A stretch of 64,000 nt of DNA from Deltaproteobacteria bacterium. Lineage in GTDB: Bacteria; Desulfobacterota; Dissulfuribacteria; Dissulfuribacterales; UBA3076. Each line of letters starts with the position of its first letter. The first letter of the stretch is position 1. A program made the position numbers and the translations under genes. Below are positions 18,423 through 27,985 of the stretch, piece by piece. The notes under the pieces were generated by a model. That model had not been told where the DNA came from. It searched no databases and saw only the letters and a program-made list of their open reading frames with translations. Location: assembly GCA_018399745.1 (NCBI GenBank), contig JAGYNZ010000005.1:23765-87764 (forward strand). The letters run 5' to 3'.

Positions 18423-19712
18423 ATGAATCGGAGGGTTTTATTATTGAGCTTGTTTATGGCGGGAATGGCAATAATTTCCTGGATTCCAGGTTCTTCTGCG
18501 GCCGAGGTTGGTCTTGAGCAGCAGGTACAGGAACTGATTAGGCAAAATCAGGCACTTACTGATCGACTGAAGCAGGTGGAACAGCAACTAAGCGAAATGA
18601 AAGCGAAGACTGTGCCTGCTGAGGTAGAACAGCGGGTTAGCCAGATAGAAGAAAAACTAGAGAAAAAGACACCTTCCACGGGCTTTTTGTCTGATCTGGA
18701 AAACCGCGTCACCTTCAACGGCCTGCTTGAATTTGGAGGTGCTTATCAGAGCGTTGACAGGAAAAGGGAAGGTCATAAACAGGACAGCGACATTTGCCTG
18801 ACTACCGCTCAAATCGGAATTTCAGCAGAAGTCAATGACTGGGTAAATGGGGGAATGGTGCTGCTGTATGAAGACGCCACCTTTGGAGAGGAAACAAGCG
18901 TGGACATTGATGAGGCATTTATCACTCTGGGGAATACGGAAAAATTCCCCTTCTTTTTCAAAGGCGGCAAGATGTACGTGCCTTATGGTGCACTCCTTGA
19001 GCATTTCCCTGATGATCCCCTTATTGATGACCCTATGACTCTCACCATGGGTGAGATATCAGAGAAGGCCGTATTAATCGGAGTTGAATATAAAGGTTTT
19101 GCTGTTTCAGGTTATGTCTTTAACGGTGACGTAGAAGAAGCCGGGGGTGATGGCGATAATGTTGTTGAAAGTTACGGTCTCGATGCCAACTATGCCTTTG
19201 AAGACGAGGATAGAGGTTTAGATTTTCTGGTCGGAGGATCGTATATCTCCAACGTGTTTGAGTCCGACGGGCTGACAGATGCACTGGACGGCCTCGGAGC
19301 TGACATTGCTGATTATGTCGGGGGTACTGCTGCCTATTTCCATGTTGGATATAAAGGCCTGTTTTTTGACGCTGAGTATATGGCGGCCTCTGATAATGCG
19401 GAGTTATGTATCGAGAGATCCTTCGATGTCTCTGACGTGGAAAAAGTGAAAAACATGGAAGTATGGAACGTTGAGGCTGGCTATAATTACAACTGGTGGC
19501 GAAATCTGGAGATCGCCCTTAAGTATGCAGGGTCCAATGATTGCGACTATTTTGGATTTCCAAGAGATCGTTATGGCATAAACTTTAATCAGGAAATTTT
19601 TGACAATACGATACTTTCCCTTGGTTACCTCTATGACGAATACGATAAATCTGATGTTGAAGACAGAGATTCACGGGACCTGTTTTTCAGTCAAATTGCC
19701 ATAGAATTTTAA
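18423..19712 (+). CDS. Outer-membrane beta-barrel porin with an N-terminal coiled coil
   Basis: 429 aa with a signal peptide and the coiled coil QQVQELIRQNQALTDRLKQVEQQLSEMK. It has an alternating beta-strand pattern and the terminal ...FFSQIAIEF, with the aromatic last residue typical of OMPs. Confidence 0.75.
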   Translation: MNRRVLLLSLFMAGMAIISWIPGSSAAEVGLEQQVQELIRQNQALTDRLKQVEQQLSEMKAKTVPAEVEQRVSQIEEKLEKKTPSTGFLSDLENRVTFNGLLEFGGAYQSVDRKREGHKQDSDICLTTAQIGISAEVNDWVNGGMVLLYEDATFGEETSVDIDEAFITLGNTEKFPFFFKGGKMYVPYGALLEHFPDDPLIDDPMTLTMGEISEKAVLIGVEYKGFAVSGYVFNGDVEEAGGDGDNVVESYGLDANYAFEDEDRGLDFLVGGSYISNVFESDGLTDALDGLGADIADYVGGTAAYFHVGYKGLFFDAEYMAASDNAELCIERSFDVSDVEKVKNMEVWNVEAGYNYNWWRNLEIALKYAGSNDCDYFGFPRDRYGINFNQEIFDNTILSLGYLYDEYDKSDVEDRDSRDLFFSQIAIEF

Positions 19713-19736
19713 TTTTTTAACTTGATTAATTAAAAA

Positions 19737-19770
19737 GGTCCCGGAAAGATATTTTCGTCTTGCCGGGGCC
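19737..19770. terminator. Bidirectional terminator-like hairpin between the convergent porin and hpt genes
   Basis: GGTCCCGG (19737-19744) pairs with CCGGGGCC (19763-19770), 8 bp including one G.U. It is followed by tctttc on the + strand and TTTTTA on the - strand. Confidence 0.45.
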
Positions 19771-19897
19771 TCTTTCATAACTGAACTTATAAACATTTTT
19801 AAAGATTCAAAATTTTGAGCAGGTAAACAAAATTATTGATCTTTTACTGCAAAAATACTTTTTCTAAAAGCAAGCATTAATTTGGCAAGGTGCCAAC

Positions 19898-20461
19898 TCA
19901 TCTGTCCGAGGGCATGAATCCCTCTGGCTTATAAACTGGATTAAGGTGGTATACAGCTGGTAAATGACGATAATTCTCGTTAAAATCCAGTCCATAGCCC
20001 ACCAGAAACCCACTGGGTATATCGAACCCAACGTAATCCACTTCCACGGCTACTTTTCTCCGCTCTTTTTTGTCAATAAGACAACAGATCCTGACCGAAG
20101 CCGGGTTGTGTAACTTCAGTACCTCTTTCAGGTATTTGAGCGTGTAACCGGTATCTACTATATCTTCCACTACCAGGACATCAGTGTCCTTGATATCAAG
20201 CTCTATATCCTTGGTAATACTTATTCTGCCCGATGATTCCGCCTGTGAGCCGTAACTGGCCAGCCGAACAAAATCGATTCGCAGGGGATTTCGTATATTT
20301 CGGACAAGATCCGCCACGAAGATAAAGGCCCCGTTGAGGATTCCGACCAGCACCAGGGGACGCCCATGGTAGTCCCTGGAAATTTGCTCCCCCAGTTCAC
20401 ATACGCGCGTCTTAATAGTCTCAGATGACAAAACCTCCAGAAGTTGATCCTTATTGTCCAA
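19898..20461 (-). CDS. hpt: Hypoxanthine phosphoribosyltransferase
   Basis: 187 aa with the PRPP-binding loop VLVVEDIVDTGYTL and LVGILNGAFIFVADL. Confidence 0.9.
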   Translation of the reverse strand: MDNKDQLLEVLSSETIKTRVCELGEQISRDYHGRPLVLVGILNGAFIFVADLVRNIRNPLRIDFVRLASYGSQAESSGRISITKDIELDIKDTDVLVVEDIVDTGYTLKYLKEVLKLHNPASVRICCLIDKKERRKVAVEVDYVGFDIPSGFLVGYGLDFNENYRHLPAVYHLNPVYKPEGFMPSDR

Positions 20462-20617
20462 AACTAACCTCCTTTATTCCGACCTTTAAACCCTGAACAG
20501 GTAGTGAACAATTGTCTCTATCTGTAGACCTGCTTGACAACCGATTTTTGTAAATTAACTTACATGCTGATTGTTTGCCAGTGTCGAGAGTTAAAAAGAA
20601 CGGAGGTCAAGTTTTAT

Positions 20618-20827
20618 ATGCCAATTTATGAATATAAATGTGAAAAGTGCAACAAGATTTTTGAAAGTTTCGTGCTTTCATCCAGAGATAAAGAGGGAAT
20701 CAGGTGTCCTGCGTGCGGATCCAATGATGTCAGGAAGATGCTGTCGAGCTTCAGCTCTGTTTCAGCAGGCCCGGTTTCCTGCAGTACCAGCAACACATCG
20801 AGTTGTGGCTCCTCCCGCTTTGGTTGA
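20618..20827 (+). CDS. FmdB-family zinc-ribbon protein
   Basis: MPIYEYKCEKCNKIFE...IRCPACGS has the characteristic CxxC...CxxC pattern. The start is taken at ATG 20618 (GGAGG at 20603-20607), not the longer ORF-track start. Confidence 0.8.
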   Translation: MPIYEYKCEKCNKIFESFVLSSRDKEGIRCPACGSNDVRKMLSSFSSVSAGPVSCSTSNTSSCGSSRFG

Positions 20828-20979
20828 GCATGACATTTCCAGCCGTTGGCTGGTCAATTATGAATTATCGTGCAGGGCTTCTTGTAAATTCAAGTCATGT
20901 CTCTTACATTCTTTCAGTTGACCCTGATGCCTGATTCAAGGGAATCCATGCACATTAGATTTAGGAGAGCAGGCGTTTC

Positions 20980-21723
20980 ATGCTGAAGATAGAAGATCTC
21001 TGGGTAGAAGTGCAGGGCCGCGATATCCTCAAGGGGATCAATCTCAAAATAGGAACAGGTGAGACGCACTGCCTGTTTGGTAAAAACGGTTCGGGGAAAA
21101 CAACCTTGCTCATGACCTTAATGGGTTTTTCCGGTTATAGGGTCAAGCACGGTCATATACTCTTCAAAGGAGAGGATATCACGTATCTGCCGATAAATGA
21201 AAGGGCCAGGCGAGGACTTGGAGTGGCCTTTCAGCGCCCTCCGACCCTCAGAGGTGTACAGCTTAAGAACTTGCTGGCCCTGTACAGCAAGGAGACAGAT
21301 ATCGGCAGCCGGTTGGCCCTTGCCTATAATTTTGAGGATTTTCTGGAAAGGCAAGTGAATCTCGGTTTTTCCGGTGGTGAGATAAAAAAGTCTGAACTGC
21401 TCCAGCTTCTGGCCCAGAGTCCCGATCTGCTGCTTCTTGATGAGCCGGAATCCGGTGTGGATGTTGAGAATCTGGATGTAATATGTCAGATGATCCGCAA
21501 GCTGTTACAAAAAGACATACCCGCAAAGCGCCGAAAGTCCGGTCTCATAATTACCCATACAGGACTTATACTAAACTACGTAAATGCCGACAGGGGTCAT
21601 GTCATGCTGAACGGGCAGATATACTGCCATGGAAATCCTCTGGACATATTTGAGAGAATAAAAAATTATGGATATGAGGAATGCGCTAAATGCCGTCTAT
21701 TCGAACAAAGCCTTAAAATATGA
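20980..21723 (+). CDS. sufC: Fe-S cluster assembly ATPase SufC
   Basis: 247 aa with Walker A GKNGSGKTTL, signature FSGGEIKK and Walker B LLLLDEPESGVD. Confidence 0.85.
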   Translation: MLKIEDLWVEVQGRDILKGINLKIGTGETHCLFGKNGSGKTTLLMTLMGFSGYRVKHGHILFKGEDITYLPINERARRGLGVAFQRPPTLRGVQLKNLLALYSKETDIGSRLALAYNFEDFLERQVNLGFSGGEIKKSELLQLLAQSPDLLLLDEPESGVDVENLDVICQMIRKLLQKDIPAKRRKSGLIITHTGLILNYVNADRGHVMLNGQIYCHGNPLDIFERIKNYGYEECAKCRLFEQSLKI

Positions 21724-22913
21724 GATATTCAGAAAACCATATTGGTAATAAGAACGTTAGTGATGAAGAACTGCTGAAGACCTTCAGCCCTGCTTCTGAG
21801 TCAAAGGGGCCAAAAGATACGGGGGAATTTGAAGAAGAGGAGCTTGAAAGACTCAAGCAGACCGGAATCGACCTCACCCATCCGAATAGAACAGGGACCT
21901 TTGTTCAGACAAATCACACGGTACAGAGGTGTGATTGTGAGTCATCGGGCATAGAGCTGCTGCCTGTCACAGCGGCCCTTAAAAAATACGATGGCCTCAA
22001 GGAATATTGGTGGAGACTTATATCGGCAGAGAAAGATTCTTTTACTCGGGAAGCTGACCAGGAACTCGATAACGGGTATTTCATTCGGGCCCTTCCCGGT
22101 GAGAAGGTAATCTATCCACTGCAGACCTGTCTTTATATCCGGGATGAAAATTTGGCCCAGCGCGTTCACAACATAGTTATAGCGGAAGAAGGTTCTGAAT
22201 TAAATATCATCACCGGGTGTTCCACCCATCCCCATCTGAGATCCGGACTGCACATAGGCATATCTGAATTTTATGTAAAGAAGGGGGCCAAATTAACGTT
22301 TACCATGATCCACAACTGGGGTGAAAATGTATACGTAAGGCCCCGTACGGGTATCAGGGTAGAAGAGGAAGGTGTCTTTCTCTCTAATTATATTTCCCTT
22401 AAGGGGGTAAAGTCTGTCCAGACCCTTCCAACAGCCACCCTGACAGGTCCGAATGCCGTGGCCCGCTTTAATTCCGTTATCGTGGCCCCTGAGGGCTCAG
22501 ATATAGACATCGGCGCCGAGGTCATACTTGAGGCCCCTGGAACCAGGTCCGAAGTGGTATCCCGGACCATATCTACCGGAGGACGCGTAGTTGCCCGGGG
22601 ACACCTTATCGGCCTTGCCCCTGATATTAAGGCACACCTTGAATGTCAGGGCCTGATATTGGCAGAACACGGCGTAATTCATGCCATACCGGAGCTGGAG
22701 GCCCATGTGGCGGGTGTAGATATGTCCCATGAAGCAGCTGTAGGGAGAATCGCCCAGGAGGAAATTGAATATCTTATGGCCCGAGGCCTTGATGAAGAAG
22801 AAGCGACATCTACCATAGTCCGAGGATTTCTGGACGTGAGGATCAACGGTCTTCCTCCGGAGCTGAATGAAGAGCTGCAGGAAGTTGTGGAAGAGTGCCA
22901 CAAGGGGATGTAG
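21720..22913 (+). CDS. Fe-S cluster assembly scaffold, SufB/SufD family
   Basis: 397 aa with a 4-nt overlap with sufC. It has a beta-helix core and the C-terminal block HEAAVGRIAQEEIEYLMARGLDEEEATSTIVRGFL. Confidence 0.85.
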   Translation: MRYSENHIGNKNVSDEELLKTFSPASESKGPKDTGEFEEEELERLKQTGIDLTHPNRTGTFVQTNHTVQRCDCESSGIELLPVTAALKKYDGLKEYWWRLISAEKDSFTREADQELDNGYFIRALPGEKVIYPLQTCLYIRDENLAQRVHNIVIAEEGSELNIITGCSTHPHLRSGLHIGISEFYVKKGAKLTFTMIHNWGENVYVRPRTGIRVEEEGVFLSNYISLKGVKSVQTLPTATLTGPNAVARFNSVIVAPEGSDIDIGAEVILEAPGTRSEVVSRTISTGGRVVARGHLIGLAPDIKAHLECQGLILAEHGVIHAIPELEAHVAGVDMSHEAAVGRIAQEEIEYLMARGLDEEEATSTIVRGFLDVRINGLPPELNEELQEVVEECHKGM

Positions 22914-22949
22914 ATATCGAGTGTTCGGCTTGTTCAATGATATAAGTCA

Positions 22950-24614
22950 GTGATCGATGTGAAGATAGGTCTGGCACAATATAATCCTACAGTAGGTGCG
23001 TTTCAGAACAATGTCGTTCAGATGGCCGGACTTGCCTTAAAGGCCAGAGAGAAAGGGTGCGAGCTGGTCATATTCCCGGAGCTCGCAATATCTGGTTATC
23101 CACCGCTGGATCTGCTGGAACGCAGAGAATTCATACAGGAAAACCTGAGGGCTACGGATCGTCTGATGTCAGAGGTAAAGGGGATTGCCGTCCTGTATGG
23201 CTGCGTTTCACTGAATACAAAGGGGGGCGGAAAACCCATATACAATACAGCCGTCCTGTTTGAAGACGGAAAGGTCCTGGCCAGGGTCCACAAGAGGCTT
23301 CTTCCCAGCTACGATATCTTTGATGAGGCCAGGTATTTTGAGCCGGGGACCGAATGTGAGCCGGTAAACCTTAAGGGGCTCTCTCTTGGTATTACCATAT
23401 GCGAGGATATCTGGAATGACAGCGATGTATTCTCCGAACGCCACTACTCCGTGAACCCTGTGGCTGAGCTTGCAGAAAAAGGGGCTGATGTCTTCATCAC
23501 CATAAATTCGTCTCCATTTGATGTAGAAAAAGCCGCCTCTCGTTATCGTATCCTGAGCCGGCTTGCCGGCAAATATCACAGTCTGTTTTTATATATTAAC
23601 GCAGTCGGCGGGCAGGATTGTCTGATATTTGATGGCGGCAGTATGGCCGTTGATCTTACGGGAAAAATCATAGCTCAAACAAAGGACTTTGCCGAGGATC
23701 TGGTCACAGTAGATACAGACACCGGACAGGGTGAAAAGCACAAGGTCTCGTCCTCCAGGGAAGAGGCTGTGGTCAAGGCCCTCAGGCTGGGCCTGAAAGA
23801 CTATACAGGCAGATGCGGTTTCAGCAAGGTCATTCTGGGTCTGAGCGGCGGGATAGATTCTTCTGTAACCGCTGTGGTAGCTGCACAGGCCATCGGCCCT
23901 GCAAATGTTCTGGGAGTCATAATGCCTTCTCCTTATACATCAGAGGCAAGTATTGAGGACGCAGAGGCCCTGGCCCGAAAACTCGGGATACAGACGATTG
24001 TTATACCTATATCAGGTATCTTTGATTCATATCTTAAGACCCTCGAACCGTTTTTTAAAGGAAAAGGGCGGGATGTTACGGAAGAGAACATACAGGCCAG
24101 GATCAGGGGTAACCTGCTCATGGCCATATCAAACAAGTTCGGCCACCTGGTTCTCTCTACGGGCAACAAGTCGGAGCTTGCAGTCGGATACTGCACGCTC
24201 TATGGAGATCTGAGCGGGGGCTTTGCCCTTATCTCTGATTTGCCGAAGACCATGGTCTATAAAGTGGCTGTATATCTCAACTCGGAGAAGGAGATAATCC
24301 CCGGACGAGTGCTGACAAAGGCCCCTTCGGCGGAATTGAGGCCCGGGCAAAAGGACCAGGACTATCTTCCACCATATGACATTATGGATGCAATACTTGA
24401 AAAATACCTGGAACAGAACACCCCGCCTGACCGGATAATCGCAGAGGGTTTTCATTCGAATACCGTGTACAGAATAATACAAATGGTCGACCGCAGCGAG
24501 TATAAGCGTCAACAGGTCCCCATGGGTCCCAGGGTTACTACCAGGGCCTTTGGTTATGGCCGCAGATATCCGGTTTGCCATGGATACAGGAGACAGGCAG
24601 AAAATACAGGTTAG
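22950..24614 (+). CDS. nadE: Glutamine-dependent NAD+ synthetase (nitrilase-like domain plus synthetase domain)
   Basis: 554 aa. The N-terminal CN-hydrolase domain (FPELAISGYPP...ICEDIW) is followed by the PP-loop LGLSGGIDSS. Confidence 0.92.
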   Translation: MIDVKIGLAQYNPTVGAFQNNVVQMAGLALKAREKGCELVIFPELAISGYPPLDLLERREFIQENLRATDRLMSEVKGIAVLYGCVSLNTKGGGKPIYNTAVLFEDGKVLARVHKRLLPSYDIFDEARYFEPGTECEPVNLKGLSLGITICEDIWNDSDVFSERHYSVNPVAELAEKGADVFITINSSPFDVEKAASRYRILSRLAGKYHSLFLYINAVGGQDCLIFDGGSMAVDLTGKIIAQTKDFAEDLVTVDTDTGQGEKHKVSSSREEAVVKALRLGLKDYTGRCGFSKVILGLSGGIDSSVTAVVAAQAIGPANVLGVIMPSPYTSEASIEDAEALARKLGIQTIVIPISGIFDSYLKTLEPFFKGKGRDVTEENIQARIRGNLLMAISNKFGHLVLSTGNKSELAVGYCTLYGDLSGGFALISDLPKTMVYKVAVYLNSEKEIIPGRVLTKAPSAELRPGQKDQDYLPPYDIMDAILEKYLEQNTPPDRIIAEGFHSNTVYRIIQMVDRSEYKRQQVPMGPRVTTRAFGYGRRYPVCHGYRRQAENTG

Positions 24615-24623
24615 GGAATTGTT

Positions 24624-25688
24624 TTGGAAAAGGGAATTTTTATATCTGAAATCCGGCCTTCTGCCTCTGTGGAAGGGCTTTTCTGTGTCGCCTCCAAACG
24701 ATTGCTTGAGACAAGAAACGGAGAACCTTATCTGGCCATCACCCTTACTGACCGGACCGGGGAGATTGAAAGCCGGGTCTGGGAAGGGGCTAAACAGCTT
24801 GACACGGTATTTGGTCAAGGAGATTACGTCAGAATCAAGGGAGAGGCCCAGAAGTTCAGGGACATCACCCAGTTAAAGATCACTCGTCTGGAATCAGTAA
24901 GGGATAAAGGTATAGATCCAGGGCTCTTTCTCCCTGTTTCTCAGGCCGACAGCGACGAACTCTGGTCGGAATTCAGAAGGTATATCAAGGGAATCAGATG
25001 CAATGATTTCGCGTCTTTGTTAAATGGTATTTTCAAGGACCGGAAAATAAGCGAGGCGTTCAGGTTGGCACCAGCGGCAAAGAAGATGCACCATGCCTAT
25101 ATCGGCGGATTGCTTGAGCACAGCGTATCAGTGACAAGGCTGGCGGATTCCGTCTGCAAGCTGTATCCACAACTTGACCGGGATTTGCTGGTGTCGGCGG
25201 CCCTGATTCACGATATCGGGAAAATAGAAGAGTTCACCTTTTCCCGTCCCCCGATAGACTATTCCGACAAGGGCAGGCTCCTTGGGCATATTGTACTGGG
25301 CATCTCTATTGTTGACGGCTTTGTTGCAACACTGGGCATTAAGGAATCCTCCCAACAGATAGTCGCACTGAAGCACCTGATAATCAGTCATCATGGTCAG
25401 AAGGAGTTTGGTGCGCCTGTGCTTCCCATGATGGAGGAGGCTATAACACTGAATTATATAGATGATTTAGATGCCAAGCTTAACTATCTTGGAAAGCTTA
25501 AAAAAGATATTCCAGGGCCGACTCACGGCTGGACTGAATATCAAAGGCTCTTTGAGCGTTATTTTTACCTCCCGTGTGCGGAAGGAGTATCAGGGGATAA
25601 AGCCTGGAAAGAGGCGGCTCAGAATGCCGACGCAGAAGACCGGTTGAATACTCAGCCCAGCCTGTGGTCCAAGAAAAAAACAGTGTGA
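24624..25688 (+). CDS. YhaM-like OB-fold plus HD-domain phosphohydrolase/3'-5' exoribonuclease
   Basis: 354 aa with a TTG start. It has the OB-fold LTDRTGEIESRVWEG and the HD domain HHAYIGGLLEHS...LIHDIGK. Confidence 0.8.
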   Translation: MEKGIFISEIRPSASVEGLFCVASKRLLETRNGEPYLAITLTDRTGEIESRVWEGAKQLDTVFGQGDYVRIKGEAQKFRDITQLKITRLESVRDKGIDPGLFLPVSQADSDELWSEFRRYIKGIRCNDFASLLNGIFKDRKISEAFRLAPAAKKMHHAYIGGLLEHSVSVTRLADSVCKLYPQLDRDLLVSAALIHDIGKIEEFTFSRPPIDYSDKGRLLGHIVLGISIVDGFVATLGIKESSQQIVALKHLIISHHGQKEFGAPVLPMMEEAITLNYIDDLDAKLNYLGKLKKDIPGPTHGWTEYQRLFERYFYLPCAEGVSGDKAWKEAAQNADAEDRLNTQPSLWSKKKTV

Positions 25689-26719
25689 ACAGGCAATTAC
25701 TGAGTGATATTTCAGACCAGGAAAGGCTTACCCGGGTCTTTGGCCGCATGATGCAAAAGGGCCTTCTGGCCCATGCTTATTTATTGGCGGGGCCCTCAGG
25801 AGCCGGCAAAGAGGCACTTGCCCTCTCCTTTGCAAAGCTGCTCTTGTGTGAAAATCCATATCTTGGCAAGGATCGTTCGATCCCATGCGGCATTTGCGCG
25901 GGGTGCCTAAAATTTGATCACCAGACTCATCCTGATCTCGTAGTCTTAAGGCCTCAAGGGGCAATGATAAAATTGGACCAGATTCGTGATTTGCAAAGGC
26001 ACCTGTCTTTTCCCCCCTTGGATTCTCAACGTAGAGTATGCCTGATAATGGAGGCCCAAAAAATAAATCTTCCAGCTGCGAATGCCCTTTTGAAGACACT
26101 TGAAGAACCCCCTGCCGGTAATCACCTTATTCTTACCGCTGCCTCAGTCAGGATCCTCTTGCCTACCATAGTATCCCGCTGCCAGGTGTTAACCTGTGAA
26201 GGCCTGTCCGTGAGAGCGCTTTTGGAGCGCATTAAAGTAGAAGGCCTTTGCTCCCCTGACTCAGCGCAATTTCTGGCCTGTTTTTCAGAAGGCAGTATCT
26301 TAAGGGCCAAAGATCTGCTTGAGCAGGAGGTCTTTAACGTGCGGAAAGACCTGTTTGAATTTCTGAAAACCAGCAGGGTAAAAGCGCTTTTGAGGCTATT
26401 TGTCCTGTCAAAGCGGATTTCGGGTAAGCGGGAGAATATTCTCCTTGCTGTACAGATAATCCGCACTTTTCTCAGAGATATTATGATGCTTAAAGGGCTT
26501 CGTGGACAGGATTTGAAAGAAAAGAACGAACCGGGTGCTCAGATTCTCTTTAACCCTGACTATGAGAATGAGCTTCAGGAGATCTCTCAGCGATTTACCT
26601 GTCAGGATTTGACAGAGTATTGCCAGTGGCTCGACAAGGTGGAATGGATGCTGGACCGAAATATAAGCAGGGATTTTTTGGCGGAATCGGTCCTCATTTT
26701 CTGGATAAGGAGACCCTGA
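25685..26719 (+). CDS. holB: DNA polymerase III delta-prime subunit
   Basis: Supporting motifs are HAYLLAGPSGAGK, the zinc module CGICAGCLKFDHQTHPD and SRC-like TIVSRCQ. The start is assigned to the GTG that overlaps the upstream stop (GTGA). The ORF track starts at 25664. Confidence 0.85.
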   Translation: MNRQLLSDISDQERLTRVFGRMMQKGLLAHAYLLAGPSGAGKEALALSFAKLLLCENPYLGKDRSIPCGICAGCLKFDHQTHPDLVVLRPQGAMIKLDQIRDLQRHLSFPPLDSQRRVCLIMEAQKINLPAANALLKTLEEPPAGNHLILTAASVRILLPTIVSRCQVLTCEGLSVRALLERIKVEGLCSPDSAQFLACFSEGSILRAKDLLEQEVFNVRKDLFEFLKTSRVKALLRLFVLSKRISGKRENILLAVQIIRTFLRDIMMLKGLRGQDLKEKNEPGAQILFNPDYENELQEISQRFTCQDLTEYCQWLDKVEWMLDRNISRDFLAESVLIFWIRRP

Positions 26720-26801
26720 TAGGATATATACTTTGAACAGTGACCCTAAACGGTGAAAGTCTGCAGGATTTTCCCTGAAAGATCTGGTATCATGTCGGCC
26801 A

Positions 26802-27962
26802 ATGAAAGAAGTAAATATGGTAATGGCAATAGATGAGAAACAATATAACGAATATGATGCATCGCGACCAGATATCAAGGTGCCGGACAGTGGAGAAGGG
26901 TCTAAGGATGAGACATCCATAGTACTTGTCGCAGTCCGCTTCAGACCCAAATGGCCCCCGTCCCACTATAATGCGGGTAATATTTCGTTAATGGATACGG
27001 AATGGGTGGTAGTGCCTACAGATCATGGAATCGAGGTAGGCCAGGTAATGGGCCGCCCCGTTATCATTAAAATGCCGATGAAGGCCCCTCTTCCAAAGGT
27101 GGAACGTTTGGCCAGTACCCATGAAATAGAACTCTACTATCGGAATTTGGATCGGGAAAGGGTTGCCAGGGATGTCTGCGCAGAGCGTGTTCGTGCCCTG
27201 GGTCTTTCCATGAAGCTGGTCAGAGTAGAGAGCTTTTTCGATGGAAGCAAGGTCATTTTTTACTACTCTGCAGAGGGCAGAGTAGATTTCAGGGAATTGG
27301 TAAAAGACCTGGTAAAGATCCTGCGGACAAGGGTGGAAATGTGTCAAATAGGCATAAGACACGAGACCAAAATGATAGGAGGTATAGGCAATTGTGGCCG
27401 TGAGTTCTGTTGCACCAGTTTTTTCAACGATTTTGATCCTGTGTCGATAAAGATGGCCAAAACCCAGAACCTGCCCCTGAATCCAAGCAAAATATCAGGG
27501 ATCTGCGGCAGATTGTTGTGCTGTCTTACCTATGAGTACGGGACATATCTTGATTCAGCCAAGGACATGCCACTACTTGGAAAATCTTGCGACACCCCGG
27601 CCGGGCAAGGCAAGGTTGTGCGCCGGGACATCCTGCGCCAGACCGTAACAGTGGCCTTCCCCGGCGGCACGCAGTTGGAATTCAAAAATTCAGACCTCGA
27701 GCAACATCTTTTGCTGCAAAAGAAAAAGGCTCAATCTTCAAACATAGACAAAAGAAAACAGAAACCAATAAAAACAGATAAACCCGCGGCCCATTCACCA
27801 AAGCAGAAGAGACCTGAAGGCAGGCAGGGAAAAGAGAAAAAGGGGCCGGAAAGATCAACCGACTCCCAGGATAATGTTGGCAGTTCCAAGGGGAGGGCCA
27901 AGGGAAAGAACAGGCATAACAAAGGAAGAAGTGTGCAGTCCAAAGCAAAAAAGAATAAATAG
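26802..27962 (+). CDS. PSP1/RicT (YaaT) domain protein with a Lys-rich C-terminal tail
   Basis: 386 aa. The PSP1 block is LVRVESFFDGSKVIFYYSAEGRVDFRELVKDL...RVEMCQIGIRHE, with Cys-rich GNCGREFCC...CGRLLCC. The last ~90 aa are K/Q/R-rich. The start may be 26817. Confidence 0.85.
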   Translation: MKEVNMVMAIDEKQYNEYDASRPDIKVPDSGEGSKDETSIVLVAVRFRPKWPPSHYNAGNISLMDTEWVVVPTDHGIEVGQVMGRPVIIKMPMKAPLPKVERLASTHEIELYYRNLDRERVARDVCAERVRALGLSMKLVRVESFFDGSKVIFYYSAEGRVDFRELVKDLVKILRTRVEMCQIGIRHETKMIGGIGNCGREFCCTSFFNDFDPVSIKMAKTQNLPLNPSKISGICGRLLCCLTYEYGTYLDSAKDMPLLGKSCDTPAGQGKVVRRDILRQTVTVAFPGGTQLEFKNSDLEQHLLLQKKKAQSSNIDKRKQKPIKTDKPAAHSPKQKRPEGRQGKEKKGPERSTDSQDNVGSSKGRAKGKNRHNKGRSVQSKAKKNK

Positions 27963-27985
27963 GATACAATTCAGTAGATTACTCA

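Noticed and set aside
20628-20921. 97-aa ORF overlapping the FmdB zinc-ribbon gene in another frame
   Set aside because: The FmdB frame has the diagnostic MPIYEYxCxxC...CPxCG pattern and an RBS. The alternative frame has neither.
24129-24818. 229-aa minus-strand ORF spanning the nadE/HD-protein junction
   Set aside because: It is antisense to two well-supported genes and has no RBS or motif support.
26408-26950. 180-aa minus-strand ORF across the holB/PSP1 junction
   Set aside because: It is antisense to two supported genes. Its translation lacks recognisable features.
27587-27969. ORFs overlapping the Lys-rich tail of the PSP1/RicT gene (64 aa on the plus strand; 95 aa and 70 aa on the minus strand)
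   Set aside because: They are by-products of the purine-rich AAG/AAA repeat region. The PSP1 frame is continuous and supported upstream.
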